Source of the DNA: Promethearchaeota archaeon
GTDB taxonomy: Archaea; Asgardarchaeota; Thorarchaeia; Thorarchaeales; Thorarchaeaceae
Reading direction: 5' to 3'
DNA: 54,649 nucleotides
Assembly: GCA_014728035.1 (NCBI GenBank)
Contig: WJMJ01000042.1
Span: 1-54,649, forward strand
In this document: positions 8,565 through 19,278 of the stretch, piece after piece
How the letters are laid out: each line of letters starts with the position of its first letter
How positions within the stretch are numbered: the first letter of the stretch is position 1
Made by a program: the position numbers and the translations under genes
The notes under the pieces: model-generated
Database searches by the model: none
What the model saw: the letters and a program-made list of their open reading frames with translations, nothing else
Told to the model about the DNA's origin: nothing

Positions 8565-8700
8565 GGAGAGCAGACCGGGCCTTAACGCAAAGGTTACGGA
8601 GTGAAACAGGATAGATATGAAACACCGTTAATCTAGTGGATAGAAGGTCTGAGCCTTGCTCCAAATTGAATGTTGAATTTTCCTAACATTCTAAGGAGGA
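8565..8700 (+). promoter_or_regulatory. Structured 5' leader of the surface-protein operon, ending in SD AAGGAGGA
   Basis: GGAG..CAGACC / GGTCTG..CTCC outer stems; GGTTACGG/CCGTTAATC inner stem; GAATGTT/AACATTC hairpin next to the SD at 8693-8700. Confidence 0.45.
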
Positions 8701-8707
8701 ACATCAA

Positions 8708-11700
8708 TTGGCTGCACGCAAAAAGACCGGAATTCGAAAAGGATTAGTTCTCTTTACACTAGCAATTCTACTTATTTCTTCAGTTATTTTTCCTGTTTCA
8801 GCTTCAACAATACCACAGGAATCTGTTGCTGCGAAAAACCAAATGACATCAAAACCATTGGTACATATTTACTTTGATGAATCATCAGAAAAACTAATTG
8901 AATTGAAGACTTCTACTTTACCATATCTGATCAATGAGGGATTTCTAGTTGAAACATATCAGATTGATTCATTCTATTTTCTAAAACAATATATCCAAGC
9001 GTACAAGCCAGATTATGGAATATACTACTTTGATAGTGCAACAACTGGAATGAACATTGATTCCAAGCTCATATCATGGGCCTTGATAGCTGAGGTTGTT
9101 GAAAAGAATCCTCTTACTGAGCATATTATTGGAATTGGAAATGCAAGAAGAATTGCAGACCATTTAGATGAATCCTCAAATTTGCATGTAGATGATACAG
9201 ATGTTATTGATGTTGAATTAACTAGATTGTTCGCACTCTGGACAATTGCTGATACAATGTCAGAATCTACTGAGAAGGGATGGGCAACCCAAGGAGAGAA
9301 TTTTAGAGAGGTCGTAATCAGAGACTTTGCAGACAATGTAAATGAGTATTTCTCGAAAGGATTGATTCCAGAAGAATATACTGGTGAGCGTGTTCCAAAA
9401 CCAATCAAAAATCCAAATCTAACACAAAAGTGGATTGAAGAAGAAAAACAGTATTCGCCAGAAGGTGAAGAATTAGAACCGGTTATGAAATTAGGAAATC
9501 TCGCACAAGATGAAGAATATATTCCTTTGAGAGAGATGCTTATTGACAGTGGTATTGGAGGACCAATAGGATGGTTACTGGATACCGTTATTGGAGCTCT
9601 GATTGAACTGGGATTTCATGATTTAGCAATACATGAAGAAGCTGCTGGACAAATTGTTGACCATTTCGAAGATGTAGTAAATGAATCAAGATATGAAGTC
9701 AGAGAATGGTTCATCGACGAGGGTTTCAATGTAACAGGACTTGACTATGGAGTTCACATATCCGACCTATTACCTAGGCAACTTTTTGAGTTTTGGTCGA
9801 TGACTGATCAACTATTCTTAGATGCATGGTACGAAGTAGATGATTATATTGGAGAATTTTTTGAGAGAGTAATTAATACACCAGTGCAGACTGACCTAAG
9901 AGGTCTAGTTCCTGTATTTCTATTCAGACTCGGTACTCCAATCAATCTCGGTTCTAATTTCGCATCTTTTGGTGCGGTATTGCGTGTTAAGTTATTGCCA
10001 GATTTTGAGATTGACAAAGAACCGTTCAAGACCTTCATGAATGAGGCAGTACTTGGAGACCTTGCTTTAGAGAATATGACAGACATTGAGGATGCATTTA
10101 CAGAGGTCCGGAAATTCATAGATATCATTCCAGTCATGAATATCGATTTTGCAATCTGTGCTTTTCTACCCACAGGAAATGATTGGGCTCAGGGTCTCAT
10201 GGGGCAGTTTACGATTGAATTCTTTGGACATGCATTTATGGAACTTGCATTTCCACCAATCGATGCATCCAATACTGACCGCTCATTTATCCATGTTCGC
10301 GAATGGGGATTCATTTTTGAATTAGATGCGGAATTTTCACTTAGTGTTTCAGCTTTCCTCGCACCTGGACCTGGGGGAGTAATCAGCACAATTCTAGAAT
10401 GGTTTGAAAAACTCTTATCGGTCACAATCGGTCTGACATTATCTATAATTTTAGAGATAAGCAAGAAATATCAAGGGCAAGGACTTCCTGCTCTATCGAC
10501 TCTACTCTTTGACATAGTTATTGGTGTATCCCTTAAGATACGGATTCTTGTAGCGATATTCAAAGGAAAACTAAAAGTTGGACTACGTTTTGAACAAAAA
10601 TCAGGTATTCTAGAAAGCGAAGAGTTCATGAGAGTAGCAGCAGAAGAACCTGCAGTCTATCACACTTTAAGCGAAATAAGCACATCAACATTGGGAATTT
10701 ACATATCATTGTATGCTTCGCTCTACTTTGGTGTCGACTTATTCTTTACTTCATTTGGAACAAAATTTGGTGGGCCCTGGGAAACAACCTTCGACCTATC
10801 AACATCGTGGGATAATTCGGATTACGGCACGGAGGCTGCTGATTTAGTAGATACAGATGAGGATGGTCTTCCGGATGCTTTTGAAACAACCATAAGCACT
10901 GCTTATGAAGAAACTGAAGGATATATCCTAGCTGCAGACGGTCCATATCTGGATCCAACATCATCTGATACTGATGGTGACGGTCTCAATGACAAACTTG
11001 AGATTGAGATTAACACAGCTCCAAATAATGTTGATACTGACGAAGACATGCTCTCGGATTATGATGAACATATAACCTATCTGACAGACCCATTACGAAA
11101 TGATACTGATCGAGATAATCTAACAGATTATGATGAGGTTATCATATACAAGACGTCCCCATTCAATATAGACACGGATGGAGATGCATTACATGACTGG
11201 TATGAAATCAATACAGTCTATGACATAACATTCACTAGTGGAACCTATGGCGCTGTAGAAGAAGTAGAGATTGGCGGTGTAATATACAATGATAGAACTG
11301 ACCCTCTAAATCCTGACACGGACCAAGATAATCTGCTTGATGGAGAAGAATGGGAAAATGGTGTCATGTACCTGAACGAGAGTGAACTCGAATGGTACCA
11401 ATATGCACATTATCAATATACTCATCCACTTGACAGCGATACTGACGATGATAGCGTTGCATGGCAGTTTACGGGTAATTGGAATGACCCGTTTGAACCA
11501 ACTGATGATTTCATCTGGGAACTAAATGATGGCATTGAAGTGATGGGTCAGATTGCAACCATTCCAGACCTCGAAGGTTATCCTGAGGTAAAAGTGGTCA
11601 AGACTAACCCAGTCTACCAAGATACTGATAATGACACAGCATGGGGTTCTGTAGCCCTATATGTCACAGATGGATATGAACTAGCCCGAGACCCACAATG

Positions 11701-13399
11701 GGATCCAACAAACGGCGACCAAGATAGTGACGGTCTCAAAGATGGTTATGAGCTCATCGGACCTGGAGGAACAGGGACAGACGCTCAGAATCCAGATACA
11801 GATAACGACCATCTTCCAGATTATGAAGACTACATGTTAGATACAGATCCAAGAAATCCTGACACAGATGAAGATATGGTATTAGATGGAGATGAGTATT
11901 TCATCTTTGGTACTAATCCACTACTCAATGATTCTGACTTCGATGGATTGAGCGATGGGGAAGAGCTATACTTCTTCTACACCAATCCCCTTGTAAGAGA
12001 TTCGGATTTGGATGGGCTAACCGACGGAGAAGAAATACTCATTTACCTAACGGACCCATTGGTAAATGATACTGATAATGACCTATTGAAAGATGGATAC
12101 GAGGTTGAGGTTTCAAAAACCAACCCTCGTCTATTTGACACAGATGAAGATCGACTTGGAGATGGAGAAGAGTTATTGATATACAATTCTAATCCACTCG
12201 ATTTTGACACGGACGGGGACTCCTTAGCATATCCCAACGCGACTCTGCAAATGACTCTACCACTTGGTGACGGTGCGGAAGTATTGGACTATCATACCTC
12301 ACCAATTGCGATAGATACTGATTCAGATGGTCTCACTGATGCTCAGGAGATTTACTTATCACTGGGGTATCCTGGTGCAGACCCCATACCACTTGATCCT
12401 CTCAATAACGACACGGACCAAGACACAATACCAGATGGTATGGAACTTGTTCTGAAGAATGTGAGTATTATCACGTTTCCATATCAAGCTCTTATGATAG
12501 ATTACCGATATGGCTCCTCTCCTGTTTCGAATGACACAGACGGAGACATGTTGCTAGATAATTTGGAGATTGAATATGGAACGGATCCGGATATAGCTGA
12601 TAGTGATAATGACAACATCAATGATTACAATGAAATTTTCGTCACTTTCACCGACCCACTATCTAATGATACGGACGGAGATGAGATTCCAGATAATCTG
12701 GAATCTTGGGAGAATGTAACTGCGGTTACACCACCTCCTAACACAACCATAGCACCATTTGCAATGGCAGACCTAAATGAATCAGTCTGGCCTTTATACC
12801 CCACCTCAGCAACTGATAGTGATACAGACAACGATCTGTTACCCGATGGTCTCGAACTGATCTATGGGACTGACCCATTAGATTGGGATGAGAATGGAAA
12901 TGGAATAGCAGATGGTTACGAATATGATTATGATTCCGATGGGCTTTCTGATGCTGAAGAGATATACATAGAGTACACTTGGAAGGGACCACTTCCAATT
13001 AGTAATAATTCCCATGGAATTTGGCATTGGACTAGAGCTCCGGGAGGATTTGATAATCCAGACTCGGATGGTGATGGAATTAATGATGGGGCGGAGGTAC
13101 ACACCTACGGAACTGACCCAACATCAAGCGATTCGGATAACGATGGTGTTTCAGACTTGGATGAAATCAATATGGGAGGAGACCCGAACGTTCCAATTAC
13201 ATCAGGATATCCATTTTGGATATTAGCTACTATCATTGGAGGAGGAGCTTTTGTTGCAGGCATTGTAACTGTACCAATTGTCAGAGGAGTCTATGAAAAA
13301 GTCAAGGATAGAAAAGGAACAAAGACGAAATCAAAGAAGAAGAGTGGGAAGAAGAAAAGAAAATCGAAAAAGAAATCATCGGAGGGTGATACTAAATGA
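8708..13399 (+). CDS. Giant membrane-anchored surface protein with ~26 thrombospondin type-3-like (DxDxDGxxD) Ca-binding repeats
   Basis: TTG start after a strong SD; signal peptide (..VSAST); D(T/S)DxDxLxDxxE..T.P repeats from aa ~715; C-terminal TM and Lys-rich tail; many N-x-S/T sequons. Confidence 0.88.
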   Translation: MAARKKTGIRKGLVLFTLAILLISSVIFPVSASTIPQESVAAKNQMTSKPLVHIYFDESSEKLIELKTSTLPYLINEGFLVETYQIDSFYFLKQYIQAYKPDYGIYYFDSATTGMNIDSKLISWALIAEVVEKNPLTEHIIGIGNARRIADHLDESSNLHVDDTDVIDVELTRLFALWTIADTMSESTEKGWATQGENFREVVIRDFADNVNEYFSKGLIPEEYTGERVPKPIKNPNLTQKWIEEEKQYSPEGEELEPVMKLGNLAQDEEYIPLREMLIDSGIGGPIGWLLDTVIGALIELGFHDLAIHEEAAGQIVDHFEDVVNESRYEVREWFIDEGFNVTGLDYGVHISDLLPRQLFEFWSMTDQLFLDAWYEVDDYIGEFFERVINTPVQTDLRGLVPVFLFRLGTPINLGSNFASFGAVLRVKLLPDFEIDKEPFKTFMNEAVLGDLALENMTDIEDAFTEVRKFIDIIPVMNIDFAICAFLPTGNDWAQGLMGQFTIEFFGHAFMELAFPPIDASNTDRSFIHVREWGFIFELDAEFSLSVSAFLAPGPGGVISTILEWFEKLLSVTIGLTLSIILEISKKYQGQGLPALSTLLFDIVIGVSLKIRILVAIFKGKLKVGLRFEQKSGILESEEFMRVAAEEPAVYHTLSEISTSTLGIYISLYASLYFGVDLFFTSFGTKFGGPWETTFDLSTSWDNSDYGTEAADLVDTDEDGLPDAFETTISTAYEETEGYILAADGPYLDPTSSDTDGDGLNDKLEIEINTAPNNVDTDEDMLSDYDEHITYLTDPLRNDTDRDNLTDYDEVIIYKTSPFNIDTDGDALHDWYEINTVYDITFTSGTYGAVEEVEIGGVIYNDRTDPLNPDTDQDNLLDGEEWENGVMYLNESELEWYQYAHYQYTHPLDSDTDDDSVAWQFTGNWNDPFEPTDDFIWELNDGIEVMGQIATIPDLEGYPEVKVVKTNPVYQDTDNDTAWGSVALYVTDGYELARDPQWDPTNGDQDSDGLKDGYELIGPGGTGTDAQNPDTDNDHLPDYEDYMLDTDPRNPDTDEDMVLDGDEYFIFGTNPLLNDSDFDGLSDGEELYFFYTNPLVRDSDLDGLTDGEEILIYLTDPLVNDTDNDLLKDGYEVEVSKTNPRLFDTDEDRLGDGEELLIYNSNPLDFDTDGDSLAYPNATLQMTLPLGDGAEVLDYHTSPIAIDTDSDGLTDAQEIYLSLGYPGADPIPLDPLNNDTDQDTIPDGMELVLKNVSIITFPYQALMIDYRYGSSPVSNDTDGDMLLDNLEIEYGTDPDIADSDNDNINDYNEIFVTFTDPLSNDTDGDEIPDNLESWENVTAVTPPPNTTIAPFAMADLNESVWPLYPTSATDSDTDNDLLPDGLELIYGTDPLDWDENGNGIADGYEYDYDSDGLSDAEEIYIEYTWKGPLPISNNSHGIWHWTRAPGGFDNPDSDGDGINDGAEVHTYGTDPTSSDSDNDGVSDLDEINMGGDPNVPITSGYPFWILATIIGGGAFVAGIVTVPIVRGVYEKVKDRKGTKTKSKKKSGKKKRKSKKKSSEGDTK
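10850..13195 (+). repeat. TSP3-like Ca-binding repeat array (coding, ~23-aa unit)
   Basis: ~26 counted copies, e.g. DTDGDGLNDKLE, DSDFDGLSDGEE, DSDLDGLTDGEE, DSDGDGINDGAE. Confidence 0.88.
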
Positions 13400-16300
13400 G
13401 ACAAACAACACCTAAACTCCTAGCAGTGCTTTTTGCAACCCTGATGCTGGTGTCTTTAATGCCGGCTTCAATACCAGATATATCAACAACTGGTACTAAT
13501 GAGGAGGGTCTCACTAATGTGCCACAAGACTCAATGTTACAACTGGAAGACCCAGATTTCAATCTGACAAATGATTACCAGAAAATCTGGGAACCAAATA
13601 ATATCAGAGGTTCCTCTCATGCAGTCGCTACCACCGAAGATGGTGAATATATGGCAAGTGCAGGAGGTTATCTGAACGACAGAGAGGTTCATATTTACAG
13701 ATGGCATGATGGTATCAATCAATACTATCCAATATGGGATGCGGGAGATTCAGTAATTCGAGGAGATGTCCTTGATGTCGCATTCATGGATGCTGACAAT
13801 GATGACAGATTAGAAGTAGTAGCAGGAAGTGCTGATGGAACAATCTACATATTTGAACAACAAGGAGTGCAAGACGACGAATTCGGTCTTTATTCACCCG
13901 CTCATCGTTGGGACCTTGTTTGGGATAGCGGATATATGCTTGATAGGCAAGTCTGGTCAATCAGGACATTCGATATTGACTATGATAGTCATGATGAGAT
14001 TATAGCAGGTGTTTGGGATGGGAAAGTCTATGTCTTTGACTTTATTGATGCTGAAGCTTGGCCATATTGTCTTGACGAAAACTGGTTTATTTTCGAACTT
14101 GTCTGGGACTCGGGAGATACTATTTCCGACCGAGTAAATGATATTGCAATTGTAGATAGTGATAACGACACACAATATGAGATTGTGGCAGGAAGTCAAG
14201 ATCATAAAGTGTACATCTTCGAAGCGTGTGCCTGCTTAAGAAACCAATTCACTCTCATGTGGGACAGTGGAGATACAATATATGCTCCAATAAACTCAGT
14301 AGCAGCAAGTCAAGGACTTGATGGAGATAATTTTGGAGAGATAGGAGTTTCTGCCTATGGATTAGGATTCTATGTGTTTGAATATAACGGTGAAACTGAG
14401 GATTTCGATGTGCGTAAAGTAAATCGGGATATCATGAGCTGGGAGAGAGGAATATCTCAAACCACTGGAGTTTATACGGGATATGAAGCTGACGAATGGA
14501 TCGATAGAAAGGTCTACGGATGGGAAACTCAGGGAATATATGAGAACGATCCAATTCCCGCACCATATGATACTGAGTATCTTGGTGGAGCTTCCGCATT
14601 AGGAGGGCCATGGGATGATAATGAAACGACATTCAATTCCACAGAAGAGTTTCAATTCATGAGAGAATGGAAATTCCCATTTGGAAATGAAACAGGGGAG
14701 TTAGAATTACCGTACGATATTGCTAGTAGTCCAGATGGAACATATTATCTTACAGACTACTCAGACGACCGGGTAGTCCAGCTTGGGGAGAATATGGAAT
14801 TTCTCACGATGTGGGGAGAAGAAGGAAATGAGACAGGACAATTCGATAATCCTACAGGAATCACTGTGGATGAAGACGGATTTGTATATGTCGCTGATTT
14901 TGAAAACTCACGCATTCAGAAGTTTAACCCAGACGGTTCATTTATTCTATCAATAGGTAGTAATGGAACAGCTCTTGGGCAATTTCATAGAGTGTTTGAT
15001 GTCGCAACACGTGATGGAAAACTTTATGCTTCAGATTACCTCAATCACAGAATTCAGGTATTTAACAGTACAACTGGAACTTTTCTGTTCAGTTGGGGTA
15101 ACCAAGGTGCTGGTAACGGACAATTCGAATACCCAGCAGGAATAGCAATTGACAGCAATGATTCTGTCTATATTGCAGATGTTGATAATGACAGAGTTCA
15201 AAAATTCTATGAAGATGGAACCTTCGTTATTACCTGGGGGTCCTCTGGTGTAAATTCCGGAGAGTTTGATCAGCCAGGATTCATAGTAATAGACTCGGAT
15301 GATAGAGTATATGTTTCTGATACTGCAAATGATAGAGTTCAGAAATTTAGTTCCACAGGAGATTATGAATCTGAGTTTGGTGAGTCCGGTCCTGGAACAG
15401 GGCAGTTTAGCTCTCTAGTTGGAATAACATTACATAATGAAACAGGAATATTGGCGTTAGACTATGCTGACCAGCAGATTCAGCGATTTGCGATTCAAGA
15501 ATATGATGTAAAACAAATCATCTCTGTCAGTGATAAGACAGACCTTGTCTTCGACTTTACTTTCGATTCTGAGGGTAACTACTATATCACTAGTGGGTTG
15601 ACTTCGACTATTCTGAAGTATTCTTCAGATGGAATATACATTAAGAATTGGACCATACCAAGTGCAGGTTGGGCTTTTGGTATCGAGATGCATGATAATG
15701 GTACGATATTTGTTTCAGATGCAAACAATCATGTAATATACTCCTATGATACCAACGGTACGTTACTTAGTACTTTTGGGTCATATGGTACTAATCCAGG
15801 CCAACTCGACACACCTGTAGCATTAGCAATTAGCAATGACCTTCTCTATGTAAGTGAATACAATAATGACAGGATTTCTGTTTTCAACTTGACATCTTTG
15901 GATGTTGAAATTATTGGGATTTCGGGAAGTGCTTTGGGAGAAATCAATGAGCCGTACGGTCTCACATTTGATCATGAAGGAATTCTCTATGTGGCAGACC
16001 GAGGAAACAATAGAATACAGCGATTCTATAAGAATGGTACAGCAATTGACACATGGATTGATAATGATGAACCTATCTTTCTTGAATTCAATAGCGATGG
16101 ATATCTCTATGTAACTGGAGGTTCTTACAGAACTCTGAAGAAATATTCGCCAAATGGCGTTCTTGTTGATGTCTTTGATGGTGAGTTCGCTACATATGAA
16201 TCAAGAAACGGAGATGCCAGTAGTTGGGGTATCGAATTCATACCTCAAAATAATAGTCTAATGATTGTTGATTCTGACCACGATAGCTTGATTATGATTG

Positions 16301-19278
16301 ACCCATATCTAGCAATGAACAATCAGAGTGTTGCAATCGTCGACTTCGGTCAGTGGGAAGAGATTACCGGAGACTCCACTGAAACATCTGATTTCTACAT
16401 TGTAGCAGAAACCTCGATGGAAGTTGAGAATATTGAATTCGCAATCTCACAGGATCTTAAAACCTTCGTCACGATAGATCCCGAAGACTATGTCTTTTAC
16501 TTTGAGACCTCAGTACCTACTCTTGGTTTCATCGCAATGATGGGAGTTAACGTTGACAATGTTCTGAACCAAGCTAAGTGGGATGATTTCAGATATCTCA
16601 AGATTGCTGTCAGAGGTGGAGATACGTACAAGATAGATGCTGCTTTTGGAAGAGTTAATCGTCCAATAGCAACTGCTTTGACAGTAAGTATTGGAGATGT
16701 GAAGACTACTGAGCCTTCTAGTGGAGCTGAGGAGTTCATTATAGGAACTGTTGATGGCGAGATAATGGCATATTCTTCTCTTGGTTCAAAGGTGTGGGAG
16801 AGTCAATCAGACCAACCAAGGTTCTCATTAGGTACACAAATCTGGGACATCGTCCAAGTTACAGGAAGAGGGAGAATACCAACTTGGCTTCTTGATGGCG
16901 AACTCGTCCAAGACTCAGATTTGACAGGAAGTATACCAGGTTTTGAACGATTCACTTCCTATACGATGGTAAATATTGACTACAACAGCGCATTGGATAT
17001 CGTAGCAACTGTCAAAGAAGGGGCATATAGTCGATTAATCTATCTAAGAAATACGGGTACAGATGAATCTCCAAGCTTTACTTTCGTTCCTAACTACTTC
17101 ATCACTCAGTCTACCCTAACAGATGACCAAATTCTTGGATTCTCTTCAATAGAGATGGGAGATTTAGATGGTGACAATGATGTTGATATGCTCTATGGAA
17201 CTGTTTGGTACGATGTTGATACTGGATGGTACTATGAGCTCGACTACTTTGAGCAGACCAGTTACAATTACTGGACAGAGAGAGCTGGATACATTCCCAC
17301 ACTCTCATCTGCTGTAAGCGGAAATGGATACTTGCCTCAAGTCACAATGCAAGACTTGGATTATGACGGTGATCTTGATGTCACAATAGCTCTAGCAGAA
17401 CTACATATGTTCGAACAGATAGATTACTTCTCTGGTAGTCAATTTTTCTTTGCAGAAGACTCCAATTATTTCAATACAATAAACAATGACTTTCGAACAA
17501 ATGATATGCCTGGAAAAGTAGGATTTGCAGATTTTGATATGGATAGTGATATCGATATCATAGTGCCTCATTCAACTAGTAATTTCACGAATGATGGGAT
17601 AAATACGAATGCTTCTCGAATGACATTCTACGAGAATACTGGAAACTGGAAGAATGTTGAATGGACTAAGAGGAGAGCTATCTTTGAGCCAGATTTCACA
17701 GGTACACTAATTGATCCAGATCACGGTTACACCGGTCCATTAATTCAGGACCTTGATGGCGATAGTGTGCCAGATTTAGTAGTACTTCAAAAAGACTCGA
17801 TAGACCGATTCTTTGGGAGATTTGATCATAATGCCTTCATTGCCGCTACCTATCCTTATCTCCATATGGTAGAGGTGGATAAGAGATCCCAGAGCAATGG
17901 TTATTGGGGATATGAAGCTTATGACTCATGGTCAAACTCGTTCATATTCGAATCCTGGTCGAGATCTCTGGAATTTGGAGATGTAGACCAAGATAACCTT
18001 CCTGAGGTCTTTGTTGGTTCCTTTGACAACAACATAATCGCGTTTGAAAATGTTGCTAACAATACCTATCGAAGATCATGGAGGTCTCAAGATATCTTCC
18101 TTCAATCTTGGACTGGTGAAGGAACACTACCCGTTTATCGAAATGTTAGAGATATGGTAATCGGTGACCAAGACAAGGATGGAAAACAAGAGATAATCAT
18201 GACAGCGGGGTACAATGTCTATGTGTTTGAGACAATTGGTACAGATATGTACGAGCTTGTGTGGATGTCTTCACCCATAGCTTTCATACCTCCAGATGCA
18301 TTATCTGCATATGAACCTCCAGTACCTCGGGCACCGGACCCCATTGCAATTGACCAAGACTTGGATAATGATGGAAAACCTGAGATTATTGTAGGTGCTG
18401 AATTCTATCTTATCATCTACGAAATGGTTGGGGATAACAACTATACTCCAGTTCAACATTATGAACTAGCCCCATATGAATCCGGAAACGCAGATATCAA
18501 AAGCATAATCACTCTTGATAGCGACAAGGATAGCTTCCGAGAGATTGTAGTAGTTGGATCGGATGAGGTCATTGATTATGGCGTTGTCGAACCAGTAACT
18601 GGATGGATGCGAGTATTTGAAAATGCCAGAACAGATGAAGGCGGCCATAAGAACGATAGTTACGTCATGTACTACTTCGATAATCTGAATGGGCCAGGTT
18701 ATGCGTTAGACACGGCAGACTTTGACAATAATGAATTGCCTGAGATATTCGTTGGAACATGGGATGGAATAGAGATTTACGAATCCATTGCTGATAATGC
18801 ACTATCGCTACAACGTCAGCTTCCAACACCTGAACCCACAAAAGCAATTAGAGTAGGTAACACCGATACTGATAGCTGGATGGAAATAGTAGCTGGCTCG
18901 GGTAAGAATCTCACTGTATATGAACAGAATCAGACCTATGACAGGTCAGACCACTACTACGACGAAGTGTGGAACAGTGGACCACTTCATGAAGAAATCA
19001 CCGATATCCGTATTGGTGATTCGAATCAAAACAATCGATTAGAGATTATTGCTGTTGCATTGAAGGGGTATCTCTACTCCTTTGAGTGGAGGCCAAATGC
19101 TACAGAGAGTGGAGGTTTAGCCTTCTCAATGGCTCAGGAAAATACTGTTAGTTATCCTGAGATCGGAAATCCAACGAAGATCATGCCAATAGCCGACTCT
19201 AGAAATCTGATTGTCACGAGATTCTCAGATCCACAACATATAGACTCCAGATTTACACAGGAGGATGACATACAATGA
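13396..19278 (+). CDS. Giant secreted multi-beta-propeller protein: FG-GAP/VCBS-type repeats plus two NHL propellers
   Basis: Signal peptide; ~17 DxDxDxxxE/D-I-V repeats (GDLDGDNDVDML, DLDNDGKPEIIVG); 12 NHL repeats (GQFDNPTGITVDEDGFVYVADFENSRIQKF); no C-terminal TM; ATGA overlap with the upstream gene. Confidence 0.88.
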   Translation: MRQTTPKLLAVLFATLMLVSLMPASIPDISTTGTNEEGLTNVPQDSMLQLEDPDFNLTNDYQKIWEPNNIRGSSHAVATTEDGEYMASAGGYLNDREVHIYRWHDGINQYYPIWDAGDSVIRGDVLDVAFMDADNDDRLEVVAGSADGTIYIFEQQGVQDDEFGLYSPAHRWDLVWDSGYMLDRQVWSIRTFDIDYDSHDEIIAGVWDGKVYVFDFIDAEAWPYCLDENWFIFELVWDSGDTISDRVNDIAIVDSDNDTQYEIVAGSQDHKVYIFEACACLRNQFTLMWDSGDTIYAPINSVAASQGLDGDNFGEIGVSAYGLGFYVFEYNGETEDFDVRKVNRDIMSWERGISQTTGVYTGYEADEWIDRKVYGWETQGIYENDPIPAPYDTEYLGGASALGGPWDDNETTFNSTEEFQFMREWKFPFGNETGELELPYDIASSPDGTYYLTDYSDDRVVQLGENMEFLTMWGEEGNETGQFDNPTGITVDEDGFVYVADFENSRIQKFNPDGSFILSIGSNGTALGQFHRVFDVATRDGKLYASDYLNHRIQVFNSTTGTFLFSWGNQGAGNGQFEYPAGIAIDSNDSVYIADVDNDRVQKFYEDGTFVITWGSSGVNSGEFDQPGFIVIDSDDRVYVSDTANDRVQKFSSTGDYESEFGESGPGTGQFSSLVGITLHNETGILALDYADQQIQRFAIQEYDVKQIISVSDKTDLVFDFTFDSEGNYYITSGLTSTILKYSSDGIYIKNWTIPSAGWAFGIEMHDNGTIFVSDANNHVIYSYDTNGTLLSTFGSYGTNPGQLDTPVALAISNDLLYVSEYNNDRISVFNLTSLDVEIIGISGSALGEINEPYGLTFDHEGILYVADRGNNRIQRFYKNGTAIDTWIDNDEPIFLEFNSDGYLYVTGGSYRTLKKYSPNGVLVDVFDGEFATYESRNGDASSWGIEFIPQNNSLMIVDSDHDSLIMIDPYLAMNNQSVAIVDFGQWEEITGDSTETSDFYIVAETSMEVENIEFAISQDLKTFVTIDPEDYVFYFETSVPTLGFIAMMGVNVDNVLNQAKWDDFRYLKIAVRGGDTYKIDAAFGRVNRPIATALTVSIGDVKTTEPSSGAEEFIIGTVDGEIMAYSSLGSKVWESQSDQPRFSLGTQIWDIVQVTGRGRIPTWLLDGELVQDSDLTGSIPGFERFTSYTMVNIDYNSALDIVATVKEGAYSRLIYLRNTGTDESPSFTFVPNYFITQSTLTDDQILGFSSIEMGDLDGDNDVDMLYGTVWYDVDTGWYYELDYFEQTSYNYWTERAGYIPTLSSAVSGNGYLPQVTMQDLDYDGDLDVTIALAELHMFEQIDYFSGSQFFFAEDSNYFNTINNDFRTNDMPGKVGFADFDMDSDIDIIVPHSTSNFTNDGINTNASRMTFYENTGNWKNVEWTKRRAIFEPDFTGTLIDPDHGYTGPLIQDLDGDSVPDLVVLQKDSIDRFFGRFDHNAFIAATYPYLHMVEVDKRSQSNGYWGYEAYDSWSNSFIFESWSRSLEFGDVDQDNLPEVFVGSFDNNIIAFENVANNTYRRSWRSQDIFLQSWTGEGTLPVYRNVRDMVIGDQDKDGKQEIIMTAGYNVYVFETIGTDMYELVWMSSPIAFIPPDALSAYEPPVPRAPDPIAIDQDLDNDGKPEIIVGAEFYLIIYEMVGDNNYTPVQHYELAPYESGNADIKSIITLDSDKDSFREIVVVGSDEVIDYGVVEPVTGWMRVFENARTDEGGHKNDSYVMYYFDNLNGPGYALDTADFDNNELPEIFVGTWDGIEIYESIADNALSLQRQLPTPEPTKAIRVGNTDTDSWMEIVAGSGKNLTVYEQNQTYDRSDHYYDEVWNSGPLHEEITDIRIGDSNQNNRLEIIAVALKGYLYSFEWRPNATESGGLAFSMAQENTVSYPEIGNPTKIMPIADSRNLIVTRFSDPQHIDSRFTQEDDIQ

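Noticed and set aside
8565-8662. Calling the leader a c-di-GMP-I or glycine riboswitch, or RNase P RNA
   Set aside because: Only short words match (ACGCAAAG, GGAGAG, GTGAAAC); the core consensus elements are missing, so it is kept as unknown
13759-13767. RGD tripeptide in the FG-GAP protein as an integrin-type ligand motif
   Set aside because: One RGD in 1960 aa is unsurprising by chance, and equivalent positions in sister repeats differ (LDRQV, ISDRV, IYAPI)
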